Shown here: piece by piece, positions 25,301-37,277 of the stretch
Layout: each line of letters opens with the position of its first letter
Numbering within the stretch: position 1 is the stretch's first letter
Origin: Paraspadella gotoi
Lineage: Eukaryota; Animalia; Chaetognatha
DNA: 64,000 nucleotides
Direction: 5' to 3'
NCBI GenBank assembly: GCA_051294375.1
Contig: CM119265.1
Location: forward strand, 14,252,124-14,316,123
Notes under the pieces: generated by a model
What the model saw: the letters and a program-made list of their open reading frames with translations, nothing else
What the model was told of the DNA's origin: nothing
Databases searched by the model: none
Position numbers and translations under genes: made by a program

Positions 25301-28300
25301 ACATTTTATTTATAATTATAAAAAGTTAATTCCGCTTAACCACCTCCAACATTAATTGATTTTTTTATGTTTTGTTCTGTTTTTTGTTATTACAATTTTT
25401 TGTAAGTTGTCATGGTTTTGAATATTTTGTGTAGGGTCTTTTGAGCCATCTGGTACAAGAATATTCACTGTTTTCAAACATTCTAAAATTTTAACTAACC
25501 TTTATTGATTATCATAGCGTCTTCCATATCGTAACCTGTGTACGAAATCACGGCAACAACAGCATTAGTGCCCATCGGATAATTATCCATTTGGTAGTAA
25601 TCGTAGACTCTGGGTCTGACGAAGGGCGTTTGAGGAGTCATCAAGCGGTAAAGCTTATTGTCAGCACGCTGTGGATAAGAGTAGGCGGGCGTCGCCATAG
25701 TCTGCTTTCCCATCTGACACTGATACATGTTTCTTGGACTTTGATTAAAGTCAGAAAAAGGAGTGAGGTTCGCGATAACAGAAAGCATGTTTGTTTTTGA
25801 GAGCTCCAAGTGGGTTGTCTGGCCCGGCGAGATTTCCGTAGAATCGACGGCCACGTTGAGATAAACCTGATAGTCAAATAGAGGAAAGGAAAAGGAGAGT
25901 TAAAGGGAATTGGAAAGAAATGAAATAAAATGAGATAAAACCTGTTCAAATGATCCGATCCATTCGACGGAATTCGCTGAAAGGTTCTTCACCGGCCGCA
26001 TCATTCTCGCTGGACTACAAAAAGAAAAAAAACATTTCTATTTTTTAATTGCGCCGCGAGTACTCGCGGAGCAAATCACTAAGTCACTTTTCGGTCGGTC
26101 GGTCTGTCCCACTTCTTTTAAAAATACACAACTCGCCTATAGTTAATTTATCATTTGTTAAGACAGGAATAAATCTTATATTTAAGTGACTGCTAGCGCT
26201 ATACTTGATTGGCAGGGCGAATGGCAGGATGTTAGAATTTTGCAGGTGGTGCTTTATAATTCGAGCCTCTGTGTATACTTGATTGGCAGGGCGAATGAGG
26301 AGTTAGGAATTTTGCAGGGTGGTGCTTATAATTGAGCCTCTGTGTTATACTTGATTGGCAGGGCGAATGAGGAGTTAGGGAATTTTACAGGGTGGTGCTT
26401 ATAATTCGAGCCTCTGTGTATTAAGGCGTAGTAAAATTTCTAAATTTAACTTTATGTAATTGCATTTTTTGCTTAACTTTTTTGAGCTCTATTAGAATCA
26501 ATTAAAAAACTAAAATATCAAAAGAAATTTTTTAAATATTATATAATTTCAATTTAATTTAATATTACAATTTCATAAAATTCAGTTCCTTGTATTTTGA
26601 TGCTAGTGCGGAGTACAATAAGTATTCCCCGATCTAATACTTAAGGGAGTGGTCTTTTCATACAATTGAAACATTCTTTGAAATATTTTCCACTTCATTA
26701 ATAGGGAGGCCAGGTACTCTGGGAGTAAATAAACGGGACTGTGAGAGAGTCTTGATTGAAAGCTTGCAGGGCTGCTATGTAATTATCTTGTAAGAGTGAT
26801 GGAGGCCTTAAACCACCAGAGCCTGTCCAAAGTCAGGGGCAAGATAGCTTATTTATTAAATGAATGGATAATTTTTATATTGGTTGTACCAATTTCATAA
26901 CAAAATATAATTTTAATTAGCGAATTATTCATGTTTAGAACATTTTTTCAAAAAAATATTTTTAACACTATAACTAATACCAATAATGGATTTGTTTAAT
27001 ACTGTTCCCATTAAAATTTGAATTTGGTTGGCTACCGCTACCAATAGCTACAAATAGGACGATCGAGGTGATTTTCAATATTTTACCCCTGAGCTATGAT
27101 ACAGCGCCATGGAGGGTCCACCCAGGGGGGCAAACTATGACCAAAATTTATTTTTAAAAAAGACAATTTTTTTTGTAGGATCATTTGCATTAACATTTAA
27201 CTTTGTAGAAAAATCATTTTAAAACAAATTTTCAAAAATTTAAATTGATTTTTCTTCTTTTGAATATTGTTAGTTCATCATTTTAGATCTAATTTTTGCT
27301 CCCCTAACGAAAGCTAGCATGAACCTATGTTCATGATCCTAGAATATAAAGCAAAAATTGGTTTTTCATAATAATAGATTTACTTTTCGGGACAAATAAA
27401 CGTTTCTGTAACTGTTCGGGATAAAAAGTTAAACAAAATTTTAAAAAAAAAAATTTATTCAATTTTTGCTTACCTGAGATGACCTATTAGGGACCCATAT
27501 CTCGTCAGGTCAATTTTCAAAATCCTCTCGATATTCCCATTTCTATTGCCCTATAGTTAGTTCATACAAATTTTTTTCAATGTCGGTCAAGTAGTTTGAT
27601 CGGAANNNNNNNNNNNNNNNNNNNNNNNNNNNNNNNNNNNNNNNNNNNNNNNNNNNNNNNNNNNNNNNNNNNNNNNNNNNNNNNNNNNNNNNNNNNNNNN
27701 NNNNNNNNNNNNNNNNNNNNNNNNNNNNNNNNNNNNNNNNNNNNNNNNNNNNNNNNNNNNNNNNNNNNNNNNNNNNNNNNNNNNNNNNNNNNNNNNNNNN
27801 NNNNNNNNNNNNNNNNNNNNNNNNNNNNNNNNNNNNNNNNNNNNNNNNNNNNNNNNNNNNNNNNNNNNNNNNNNNNNNNNNNNNNNNNNNNNNNNNNNNN
27901 NNNNNNNNNNNNNNNNNNNNNNNNNNNNNNNNNNNNNNNNNNNNNNNNNNNNNNNNNNNNNNNNNNNNNNNNNNNNNNNNNNNNNNNNNNNNNNNNNNNN
28001 NNNNNNNNNNNNNNNNNNNNNNNNNNNNNNNNNNNNNNNNNNNNNNNNNNNNNNNNNNNNNNNNNNNNNNNNNNNNNNNNNNNNNNNNNNNNNNNNNNNN
28101 NNNNNNNATTACAACTTTTTAAAATTTTGATATTTTATTACTGAAAATGAGCAAAAACTATTAAAATCATTGGATGATGATAATGATAAAAATAATTTTT
28201 TCAGGTTTTTCTTAATTTTGACCTACTTATCATAAAAAAATATTGAAAAAAGAATTATACTGTGTAGATAACTATTTATAAGCTATCCGAATCTGCTTTT

Positions 28301-31300
28301 GAAAATAAAAAATCTCAAAAATTTTTTTTTTAGCATTTCCTATCTATAAATAAATATTAAAAGGCTTATTTTTACATTCGCTGACCGAGATTTTGAGGTC
28401 AGTCATTTTTTTTCCGCTTCTTAAGAACGACGTATAGAAATCTCGCTACGCAAAAATTTAAAAAAAGATACTGGAAAGGGTAAAAAAACTTTTTATTATA
28501 AATCCTAAATAACCCCTAACCTTAATGAAAGCTTACATTGAAGCTGATACACGTTTGAAATTTACGTTTCTTTATAAAACTCGTATGTAAACAATTTATT
28601 TTTTACCTCAAACATAAAAATTTAAAACTACTATTATCTATTATAAAATTATAAAATTTATACTACTGAATAAAAAAAATGTAAATTATTTCACAAACTG
28701 AGACTCGATGCTAGAGGGAAAACAAAATTAAATGGATTAACAAAACACCGACCGGTGGTAGCTAAAGTTGGTTGCAGACGTCAAATAGTAAAGTTACCCA
28801 TATTAAAAAATTAATTACTAGTGCTTCTAGCCATTTTAGAAAATGTTGGTCCATTGAAAGTTTTCTCAGAAATGTATGAAGTTTCATCTGGGAATGTTCC
28901 CAAATCAAACTTCTGACCCAACCCATTGACAAAGTTTGGCTCTACCATTGGGATACTGTACGCAAAATCGTATCAAATTTGGTTAAAAACCGATTCTATG
29001 TTCGAAAAAGCGAAAGAGCATTTTCTAATATGAAGCCTTCTGTAGTTATCAACCATTAAACGTTTATTAAACAAATTTTATAGTCATGTAGTCATGTGAT
29101 CACAAGGAAATACATGTGAAAAGAAAGTCACTGCGGCGCAACACATTGGATGGATCAATCTTGTTTTATTACCTTTAATAATAACTTTTTTATGAAATTA
29201 AATAATATTTTCTGTAATCTTTATTCCTACTATTTAATTAACAAACCATTCCAATGGTATGGTATTAAAATGATTTATAATGTAACTCTTTTAAACTTGC
29301 TATAAGTTTTTAATGATACATAGTTAACTTTACCTGGTAAATAAAAACATTCCAGGCTCTTGACTAGCGACATCAGTGGCAGGCACAAATCCAATTTCTA
29401 AAAAATTAGGAATGCTGTTGTCGCTCTCCGCCTTCATTCGGCGGAGAAGAGTGGCCGTGGAGGCAGCACCAGATCGGGGCAAGCAACCGACGACTTCGCC
29501 GTCTACCAAAACCGTATAAGAGTCAGATGCTGAAGACGATTCGTCCAGCTCCTCGAGGGGCACGAGTCCAGATCGTCGAAGCACCTCGAGAAGACCCGAA
29601 GTGCATACTCGTTGATTGACTATCTCACAGGAGGCCGCCAAGTGGTTAAGAAGTCCGCAAGGGGTACCGTCGGGCGTGTGTACCGGGCAGAGAAAACCCC
29701 ACGCCTCCGGAAGTAGTTTGCGGACGGTCGTAGTTCTCATTTCCGTGAAGTATGCGCCACGATGTATGCAACGAAAATGAGCCAGAAAACGGTAGAAGTT
29801 AATCTTTTCTATTTAAAGAGCGAAAATATTTTATTTTTAAATAATAGCCTTTTCCGAAAAAGCAATACAAATCCAATTTAAGTAGAGTAGAATGTACCTG
29901 CGACGACGGAGAATCCAGATGCCTGCATCAATCCAAGTCCAGATTGGGAGACGACGTTCCCGGTGGCGAGCAAGTACTCAAATGCTTTCGTTAAAGGGGT
30001 CATTTTTCGAAGGGCGGTAGAAATCACGGATTCACCCGAGGAGGAGACTAGGGTCTCCCCGATAGATTCATCAGTTTGGTCTGCTTTTAAGATGTTTAGT
30101 TTGACTGCAGTTAACCAAGTTACCAACCTCTCTTTAAGCAGCATTCCAAGGAGATGACCGGGCAAAAGCACTTCCTGATTCATCGGAGAGTCAGGATTTT
30201 CGGCGCAGCATTTTCCATTGACAAATCTAAACAGTTTTCGCGTCATGTACACCAGGAGGTTAAATTTTTCCACATGTCGTTGTCTTAAGTGAGGCAGGAT
30301 GCAGTTGGTGATGAGGTACTCGCCGACCTGCTGATTGCTCCACCAGGGAGGACAGTCCGGTAGACGAATCCGGAAGAGTCTGCCTATATAGCTCATGGTT
30401 TCCTATAAAGAACCATTTTTCTGTCATCAATTTCATTCATTTCATAAATTTAAGCTAAAATACACCTGTTGATCTCCCATTGGAACATTTTCCGAAAGAG
30501 AGCTTCGTATCATTTCAATAATAGATGCCTTCAGGAAAGAGTCATCCTCCTGACCCTGAATCATTCGTCGATAGATAAACTGGTCCGTCTGATTGACTAG
30601 GCACTTCAAAATCATGATGACTGGAACCAAAAATTGCTCTTTGCGATGAGTAAACCCAACCGTAACAACGCCGTTGCTGTTCAGAGTGAATAGCAATACA
30701 GGAAATTTGTCAGGCAATGTAAACGACTTATTAAACGTTTATTATTGGCATATACCTGAGGTAGTGAAGAGTGTTGGTGAGGCTTGATTGGTCTTCCTTT
30801 ACGCTCCGAATAAGAATCCCTTTTTCGGTGTACAAAGGTCCGCGAGATTTCCATGATTTTCTTTCCATTGCGAGTGGGTAATTTCGACGAGTCATGACGA
30901 GCATTCTAGAGAGATTCGAAACTACGTTTGTATGCCATTTAAGAAACAATTCACAGTTTAAAAGGGAACTTGGAAACAGGAAGGGACCGAATAGTGTTCA
31001 TTAAATACCTAATAACTTTTTCAATTCCGTTGATCACGAAGTATCCACCCATTTCATGGGCTTCCTCTCCTAAGGCTACCAACTCTTTCGGTGTCTTTCC
31101 ATGCAGATTGCATCGAGTAGTCTTCAACATAATAGGAATTTCTCCGAGGTCAGGGGAAACCATTCCTGAATAAAAGGTTATAGGCTAAATTTTACTTTCG
31201 CCGACCGGGGTTTTGGCGACTTTTAAAAAACCACTTAAAAATATTTATTTTATAAAAAAAAATAATAAAAATTGGCTTATTTTTACATTCGCTGACCGGG

Positions 31301-32607
31301 ATTTTACGGTCGGTTATTTTTTTTTTCCGTTTCTTATGAGCGACGTATAAAAAACTTTTTATTACAAATCCCTGACCACCCCTAACCCTAACCACCCCTA
31401 ATCCCTATCCAACTGCTAACCTTTTAAAAAAAATAATATAAAAATATTGTTTCCTTTTTTTTGTTGGTTTACGTACTACGAGTTTTATTAAGAAACAAAT
31501 TTCGGACATGTTTCGGCTTCAATGTAAACCATCAGCGCAAAAACGAATTAATTAGTAAAACAAATATTTTTACAAATTTTGAAGTTTGAAGAAAGAAAAA
31601 GAGAGAACCTGTAAAAATACTTGTTTCACAAATCTGTTCTTGCTCTGATGAAAGCTTACATTGAAGCTGAAACATGTCTGAAATTTATGTTTCTTTATAA
31701 AACTCGTACATAAACAATTCATTTTCTACCTCAAACATAAAAATAACAATTAAAATTAAAAAAATTATTATTTAATATAAAATTATAAAGTTGATATTAT
31801 TAAACAAAAAAATGTATATTATTTTGCAAACTAAGATTCGACGCTAAAGGGAAAACAAAATTAAATGGATTAACAAAGCATGGTGGTAGCTAAAGATGGT
31901 TGCGGACGTCGAATAGTAAAATTACACTAAAAATTATTATCTAATTACCCTAACCTTAAACCCTTTTAACCCTAACCAGTAACCACCCTTAACCCTAAAC
32001 CACCCTTACATCTCAACCCGGTCGGCGAAAGAAAAATTAACCAAGGTTTTAATATATATAAAGAAATATTACGATCATATCCTTAACATTTACCTTTTAG
32101 TTTTTCGTTGACCTTCCAAGCAAAGGTAGCCAAGAGAGGGGCCTTGTAGGTGGTTCCTCGCTGACGGCATTCAGCAGGAAAAACATTTGAAGCAAAAGAG
32201 TTGATGAAACTTTTTCGTTTGCCTAAATTCTGAAAGAAAAAAAGTGAGGACAGCTTAACAACTGGGTAACAAACATTAACTTAGATATGTACCTTTTCAC
32301 TTTCGATGGACGGTCTGCCAACTTCAAGTTCCTCAAAAGAGAGAGAGACCCTGGTGCCATTGTGAAGAGCGAACTCGACTTTTGGGAGATCGGCCAGCAT
32401 GAGACGAACCCCTTCGGAAACGAGCCAATCAAAGGATTCTCTATGGGGCCGAGTAAGTCGCACGAGTGGTTCATGCTGCGAATCTGGAATCTCGCTAAAT
32501 TTTTTGCTCAAATTTGTTAATTTGATGGATGATGGGATTTGTGAAGCCTCCACCGAAGGAGCGTCTTCTTTAAAGAAATTGTTTTGCCGATTTTCTTGTT
32601 TTTTCAT
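19308..32607 (-). CDS. POLR1B: RNA polymerase I second-largest subunit RPA2, 14 exons (alternative in-frame ATG at 32640)
   Basis: Exons 32607-32293, 32229-32094, 31165-31009, 30905-30756, 30676-30466, 30402-29898, 29808-29334, 26014-25942, 25866-25500, 24495-24212, 24155-24015, 23931-23593, 23151-23020, 19550-19308. Pol I-type motifs: [76 protein letters not shown]. Confidence 0.97.
19640..20820. repeat. Dispersed non-autonomous repeat family (inverted copy at ~55995-56600; partial relatives at ~52690-52810 and ~3300-3750)
   Basis: Shared blocks such as ataaatggcgatctataatttggaacgccg, aaacatatttaataactgtcc and aaaagcataaggatcgtcgcaatcgcat recur in reverse complement. Confidence 0.7.
20037..20400 (+). 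mobile_element. Second 3' fragment of the CRE-like element, with poly(A) tail, in the last POLR1B intron
   Basis: Near-identical to 7472-7835 ([22 protein letters not shown]...). Confidence 0.8.
21070..22915 (+). CDS. Uncharacterised coiled-coil protein nested antisense in POLR1B intron 13
   Basis: Spliceable exons 21070-21492, 21599-21812 (GC donor), 21871-22084, then several short exons to TAA 22915. E/R/Q/L heptad-rich. One phase conflict at the A8 run 22533-22540. Confidence 0.7.
23197..23560. repeat. Dispersed repeat (inverted copy at 26586-26900; fragments at ~3377-3413, ~33860-33885 and ~63220-63330)
   Basis: tatgaaattggtacaaccaatat...gctatcttgcccttgactttggacaggct... shared between copies. 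Confidence 0.75.
26198..26421. repeat. Minisatellite, 3 x ~73 bp
   Basis: Unit tatacttgattggcagggcgaatgaggagttaggaattttgcagggtggtgcttataattcgagcctctgtg. Confidence 0.9.
27606..28108. other. Assembly gap (N run); smaller gaps near 20000, 35601, 39808 and 59808
   Basis: Runs of N. Confidence 1.
31183..32042. mobile_element. Mutator-like non-autonomous element filling POLR1B intron 2 (partial copy at ~28360-28790)
   Basis: ~27-bp TIRs ggctaaattttactttcgccgaccggg / cccggtcggcgaaagaaaaattaacc; 9-bp TSD with one mismatch, aaggttata (31174-31182) / aaggtttta (32043-32051); subterminal CCCTAA repeats. Confidence 0.65.
31640..31685 (+). ncRNA. Minimal type I hammerhead ribozyme remnant (Penelope-type); inverted degenerate copy at ~31500-31540
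   Basis: CTGATGA-A-AGCTT-acattg-AAGCT-GAAAC-AT-GTC: core and stem II intact, palindromic stem III, stem I decayed. Confidence 0.6.
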
Positions 32608-32799
32608 TTTTTTCACTAAATTAAAATTTATTATTGACATATATTATTAGTGGTCCAAACAAATAAAAAACTAAAATTAAGTCAACCACCATATTACAAA
32701 ATAAAAAAGTCCAACGAAACTGTTCTGAAACCGTTCTGAAACCCAGTATGGGTGGCGCCAAAATGACAATTAATTTGACTTTAATTAACCTAATTAAAA

Positions 32800-32950
32800 T
32801 TAAAGTGGGATGGACTGGGTAATGGCAAAGCCGCCGATAGGCACGGGCCCTCTGCCAGATCCAAAGCTCTGGACTAAATAAACATGCAGTCTTCAGATAT
32901 TTCCCTGTCAACACGAGGTGACACCGTTTCGTGTGGGGCGCCCTTTGAAT
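32800..32950 (+). mobile_element. Partial LTR of family B, with the twister-like fold, just upstream of POLR1B
   Basis: gccagatccaaagctctggact..aacatgc and cacgaggtgacaccg..gtgtggggcgccct match the reverse complement of 59160-59290. Confidence 0.75.
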
Positions 32951-33719
32951 TTAAGTAATATAAGGATCTGACGACCATCTAATAATGCTACGAAGACCGG
33001 TTCAGTCAACAAAGATATCAACTATCCATTCGTCATTTGCCCTTGGTGATGAACAGAAACTACATAGGTTCTTCTATGATTCTTCAGTTATATCATTTGT
33101 GATTATAACATTGTTAAATTACGTTTTAAATGCTCTCATTTTATTATTGTATCTGTTTATTAAATATTTTTGGCGATCCCGGAGTTGAATTCCTTCTGGA
33201 GGCTTATGGGAAAACGAAGAGAAAGAAGAGGAAAAAATAAAGTTTGTTTCTTTACGGAAAAGAAAATTTAAGACCGTAACAATAATATTAAAAACGTTTT
33301 TAAGCTTCACGAGCTAAAGATTTCTTTTTAATTCTTTAAAAAACTTAATTATAATTTTTTTTATTGCCTTTGATAAATATTTATAAAATAACAATTTTTA
33401 TTAGTGATAACCACGATTATTTAATAATTCGGATATGTTTTGGTTCTTGTTTTTTAAACCTTCATCAACCAGTTTTAATAGTTTTAATAAATATTTGAAT
33501 ACTAATTTTAAAAGATAGAGAGAGAAGCAATTTTAACCTTGATATCTCTCACTATCTCCGAATTATTAAATGACCATTATAATCATAAAAAAAACTCTGT
33601 TACTTTATAAATATTATTATTATATTTTTTATAAATTTATTAATATTTAAATATTATTTTTTGAAATGTTTAATTATTATATATTTAAGCAGAAACTTAA
33701 TTTTAAATTTAACTTTCAT

Positions 33720-33816
33720 TTACCCTTAACCCAAACTTACCCCTAACCTAAAGTTACCTCTACCCCTAACTTACCCTTACCCCTAACTTACCCCTAAACC
33801 TAACTTGCCCCTAACT
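33720..33816. repeat. Degenerate interstitial telomere-like (CCCTAA/CTTACC) repeats
   Basis: Array of ccctaacttacc-type units. Confidence 0.6.
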
Positions 33817-34174
33817 TATTTTTAACCTTAATTTATTGTAACCTTAATTTTTACCCAAATATATATTGGTTGTACCAATTTCATATAACAATAATAAAAT
33901 ATATTAAAAAAAAATTATGATATCTGAATTTTTTTATTTTTTTTCCCGAAACGTTGTCTTTTTTTTTAAAATTCTTTAAGAAAAACCTTGCTCTTCGTTT
34001 TCCCATAGGCCTCCAGAGGGCATTGATCTCCAGGAATGCCAACATGGGAAAAAAATAAAGGAATTCAGATATCATAATTTTTTAAAATATTTTTTATTAT
34101 TGTTATATGAAATTGGTACAACCAATATATATTTGGGTAAAAATTAAGGTTACAATAAATTAAGGTTAAAAATA
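33817..34174. repeat. Near-perfect ~113-bp inverted repeat with a ~130-bp spacer
   Basis: 33817-33930 is the reverse complement of 34062-34174. Confidence 0.9.
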
Positions 34175-36435
34175 GGCCACATAGTATTGTGATAAAGAGA
34201 CGATGAGACGAAAGTCAAGTCAAGCATCTGAGTTATTGATAGTCGTCTGAACTTTGCATTATAGGCGGGTCCTAACAATAATATGTTTTGTAGGGGAAGG
34301 GTCTCTTTTGCGTCCTTCAGCGTCCTAAGCTCCGGGTTGTCTAGTATTGTTGTTTTGCATTATTATTAAAAAGACAATGCCGAGATGCACGTTGATTTAA
34401 AAATGACGCAAGATTACGCCATCCCTGAGTCGTCGTCTAGGTCGAGGAGGGGGTTCTTAAGACTTTACAGTTTTTTGTGTTTTTTTTTTTCTGTTAGGGA
34501 AAAAAGAAAAACATTATGAAAAGAAAATAGTCATTGGCAAATAGAAAGGTGAACAGGAAAAACGATTGGGAAAAAAGGTAGATCGTGGATAATGGTTTCA
34601 AAAACCGAATGTTAATTTGTTGTTTTTGCAATGTACGGAGGACCATCTACAACTCAGATGCTCTTTTATATCGGGGTTTCTTCATTTTTAAGCAGGTTGG
34701 CATTGTCGCGCTGGAGAGAGAAACTCGATTTCGAGAGCGCCGTCTTTGCCCCACCGACGGGCGTCCTGTCGAGCGATTGATTTACAGTCGTCATCCAAGA
34801 GTCACAACTACAACGTCACGTGATCTGTACATCTTTTCCTCTTCCTCCTCCTTCTCTTCCTCCTCGGCGAAAACGAGGCCCGCATCAACAAAAAGAACGA
34901 GGGAGAAGAAATTTTCGTTGTGACATCGAAGGAGTTATCATGAAAATGGGATAACAAGCGCTCTGTTGGCTGTGTTAGGATCCACCGAGAATCTTCGAGG
35001 AACTTACTCTCATCGGCGAGGCACTTCATATGTCCATGGAAAATCGTCCAAAGGCAAGAATTGGCAGCCGGAGTGGATCGTATATGAAGTAAACATTTTT
35101 TCTCTGACCATCGAATTATAGTACCTTTATACCTTTATAAAATCTGCAAAATATAGTACCTTTATACCTGCAAAGTATATAGATATTCAAAAAGCAGGTA
35201 AATTATTATTTAAAAATTCTGTTAGAACTGAAGACTCGTGAATCGTGATATCTGAGTTCTGACTTTACTTCGTCACAACACAAGGACTTATCGTTTAGGA
35301 TCATTCGTGCTTACGTCGTTCGTTACTATTTAGTCCTTTCGTCGAGTTTCAATATTTTTTAGTATTTTTTTTGTTTCTAAATTTATACTGCTTTTTGTAA
35401 TTCTTTTGATGGTTTTGAGTATTTTGATTGTGCTTTGATTATTTTATTAAGGTACCCTTTTTAAACTCTTCATAAACTAAAAGAGAAATAAAGACTATTT
35501 CATCGTCGATCTGTTCAAGCCACCGAATCATGCCTTTGAAGCATCTTTGGATTAACGAAGCATCTCGCCGGGGTAGAGGAGTTTCCTGGAAAATTCTCGG
35601 NNNNNNNNNNTGCCTTTGAAGCATCTCTGGATTAACGAAGCATCTCGCCGGGGTAGAGGAGTTTCTTGGAAAATTCTCGGGGGCGTTTTAAGACGGACCG
35701 GCGGGAATTAAAAATAAGTACAAATTGAGAAACCAATACATAAAAACTACATAGTTTTTTATCGACGAAAGGACTAATTATTAACGATTGACGAAAGCAC
35801 CAGCACTGATACTTTCACAAATTTAAACAAAAAAATCATTGTCATTATACAGTCCGGACAGACATACTGTATAACGATTCACCATTCATTCTAGATCTAA
35901 CTGGCTGTGCGGGATTGTTAAATTTCCTTATGGAAACGATGTCTATCCTGCACTTATAGAAATAAAATGAGACAAATTAATAAGTGTTTTATTTCTAATT
36001 CAAGTTCAATTAAGTAACTTCAAGTAAAACTCGGTCTAATGTTAAAACAAGGTAAATAAAAAAGAAAAACTGTTAAGCAGATATTTAGTTTAAATAATAA
36101 AGAAAGGAATTATTCCATTGAGAAGTGATTTTCATTAATTTAACCTTGGAAATAGTTTTACGTTGGTAACCAAAGAAAATTGGTAAATCACGAATACTTT
36201 CCCTTTTATTGTATCCAAATATTTTTTGTACGCCATCGTTAATCAGCCTTCTCCAAACTCTTGCCATACCGATTTGCAACTGAATTATTATTCAATTTTT
36301 TTACATCTTGTTTAAGATAAAATTTTCATGCCTATAAGCGCTATGTTTCATTATATTATATATTCAATAATACTAAAATTGCTTTGATAGAATCCATAAA
36401 AAAATTTTACAAATTAAAAGAATTATTTGGCATTA

Positions 36436-36963
36436 TACTGGGAGGTTCAGCTCTAATGGGACTTACTTCAAATGCTTACAGCACAAAAACAGTTTATGCG
36501 AGAAGAAAAGCGAGATTGTTTGGAAACTAGGCTAATTTCTCTTTCGATCGATATAAAAAATCTGGGAAATATAATAGCAACTCCTGTAATTGATGCTTTT
36601 TGCATAACATGTCATTTTTTTTATACCGTTCCTTAATATAATTTTTTAAAAATTCGGCGAAAATCAAGATTAAGCTTAGACTTTTGACTTCTGACAGCAA
36701 TCCCCCTGATTAATGAAAATGTAGGATAAAGAAGCTGAATGTCCCACGCATCTCCTCCAGAACTGTCAACTTTCCGACAGCGGTAATAGTAGTAGGAATT
36801 GCAGCCGCATTTTTCTCTGGAGACTTGGAGATGATCAGGGTTGAAGAAGGTGAATTATTTTAATAAATTGAGTTATCAAGACAATTTTCATACCATTATT
36901 CTTTTTTTTACTCGTCCAAACGATTTTTAAAATTTATTCCCAAAAGAGCTGGACATCTCTGTA
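36436..36963. mobile_element. Tc1/mariner-type MITE (second copy at 52846-53964 with a nested insertion)
   Basis: TA-flanked TIRs ctgggaggttcagct / agctggacatctctg; internal identity between copies (gcttacagcacaaa, gaatgtcccacgcatc). Confidence 0.55.
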
Positions 36964-37277
36964 TATAATATTATAATATGTATAATATAATAATATATAT
37001 AATATAATATTATATATATTAATATATATAATATATATATTAATATATTTTAACTGAGAAGGAAAGCTAAAAACTAAAAATTGTTTTTAAAAAAGTTTAG
37101 CAGTTTTTAACTGAGATTTTTTATTATGTTGTATCGTGTTCCCGCTGTATGTATCTAAGATTTTTTAAATTGTATTTTTTTTAGAATAGAATAAGTTGTT
37201 CAGATGCATCCAATTCCTGCAACGTAGTCAATTACGTACAGGGCCAGTTGCCCTAAAAACTGAACAAAACTTGTAAA

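Noticed and set aside
26198-26421. CRISPR-like array
   Set aside because: The units repeat in full with no unique spacers, the context is a eukaryotic intron, and there are no cas genes.
27596-28144. 182-aa ORF in the track
   Set aside because: It consists of N-gap codons.
34585-35090. ORFs in a GC-rich block upstream of the zinc-finger gene
   Set aside because: No ATG-led spliceable frame or homology; more likely a 5' UTR exon (acceptor at ~34695).
35532-35680. Direct repeat of ~70 bp
   Set aside because: It flanks a 10-N gap and is a typical contig-overlap artefact.
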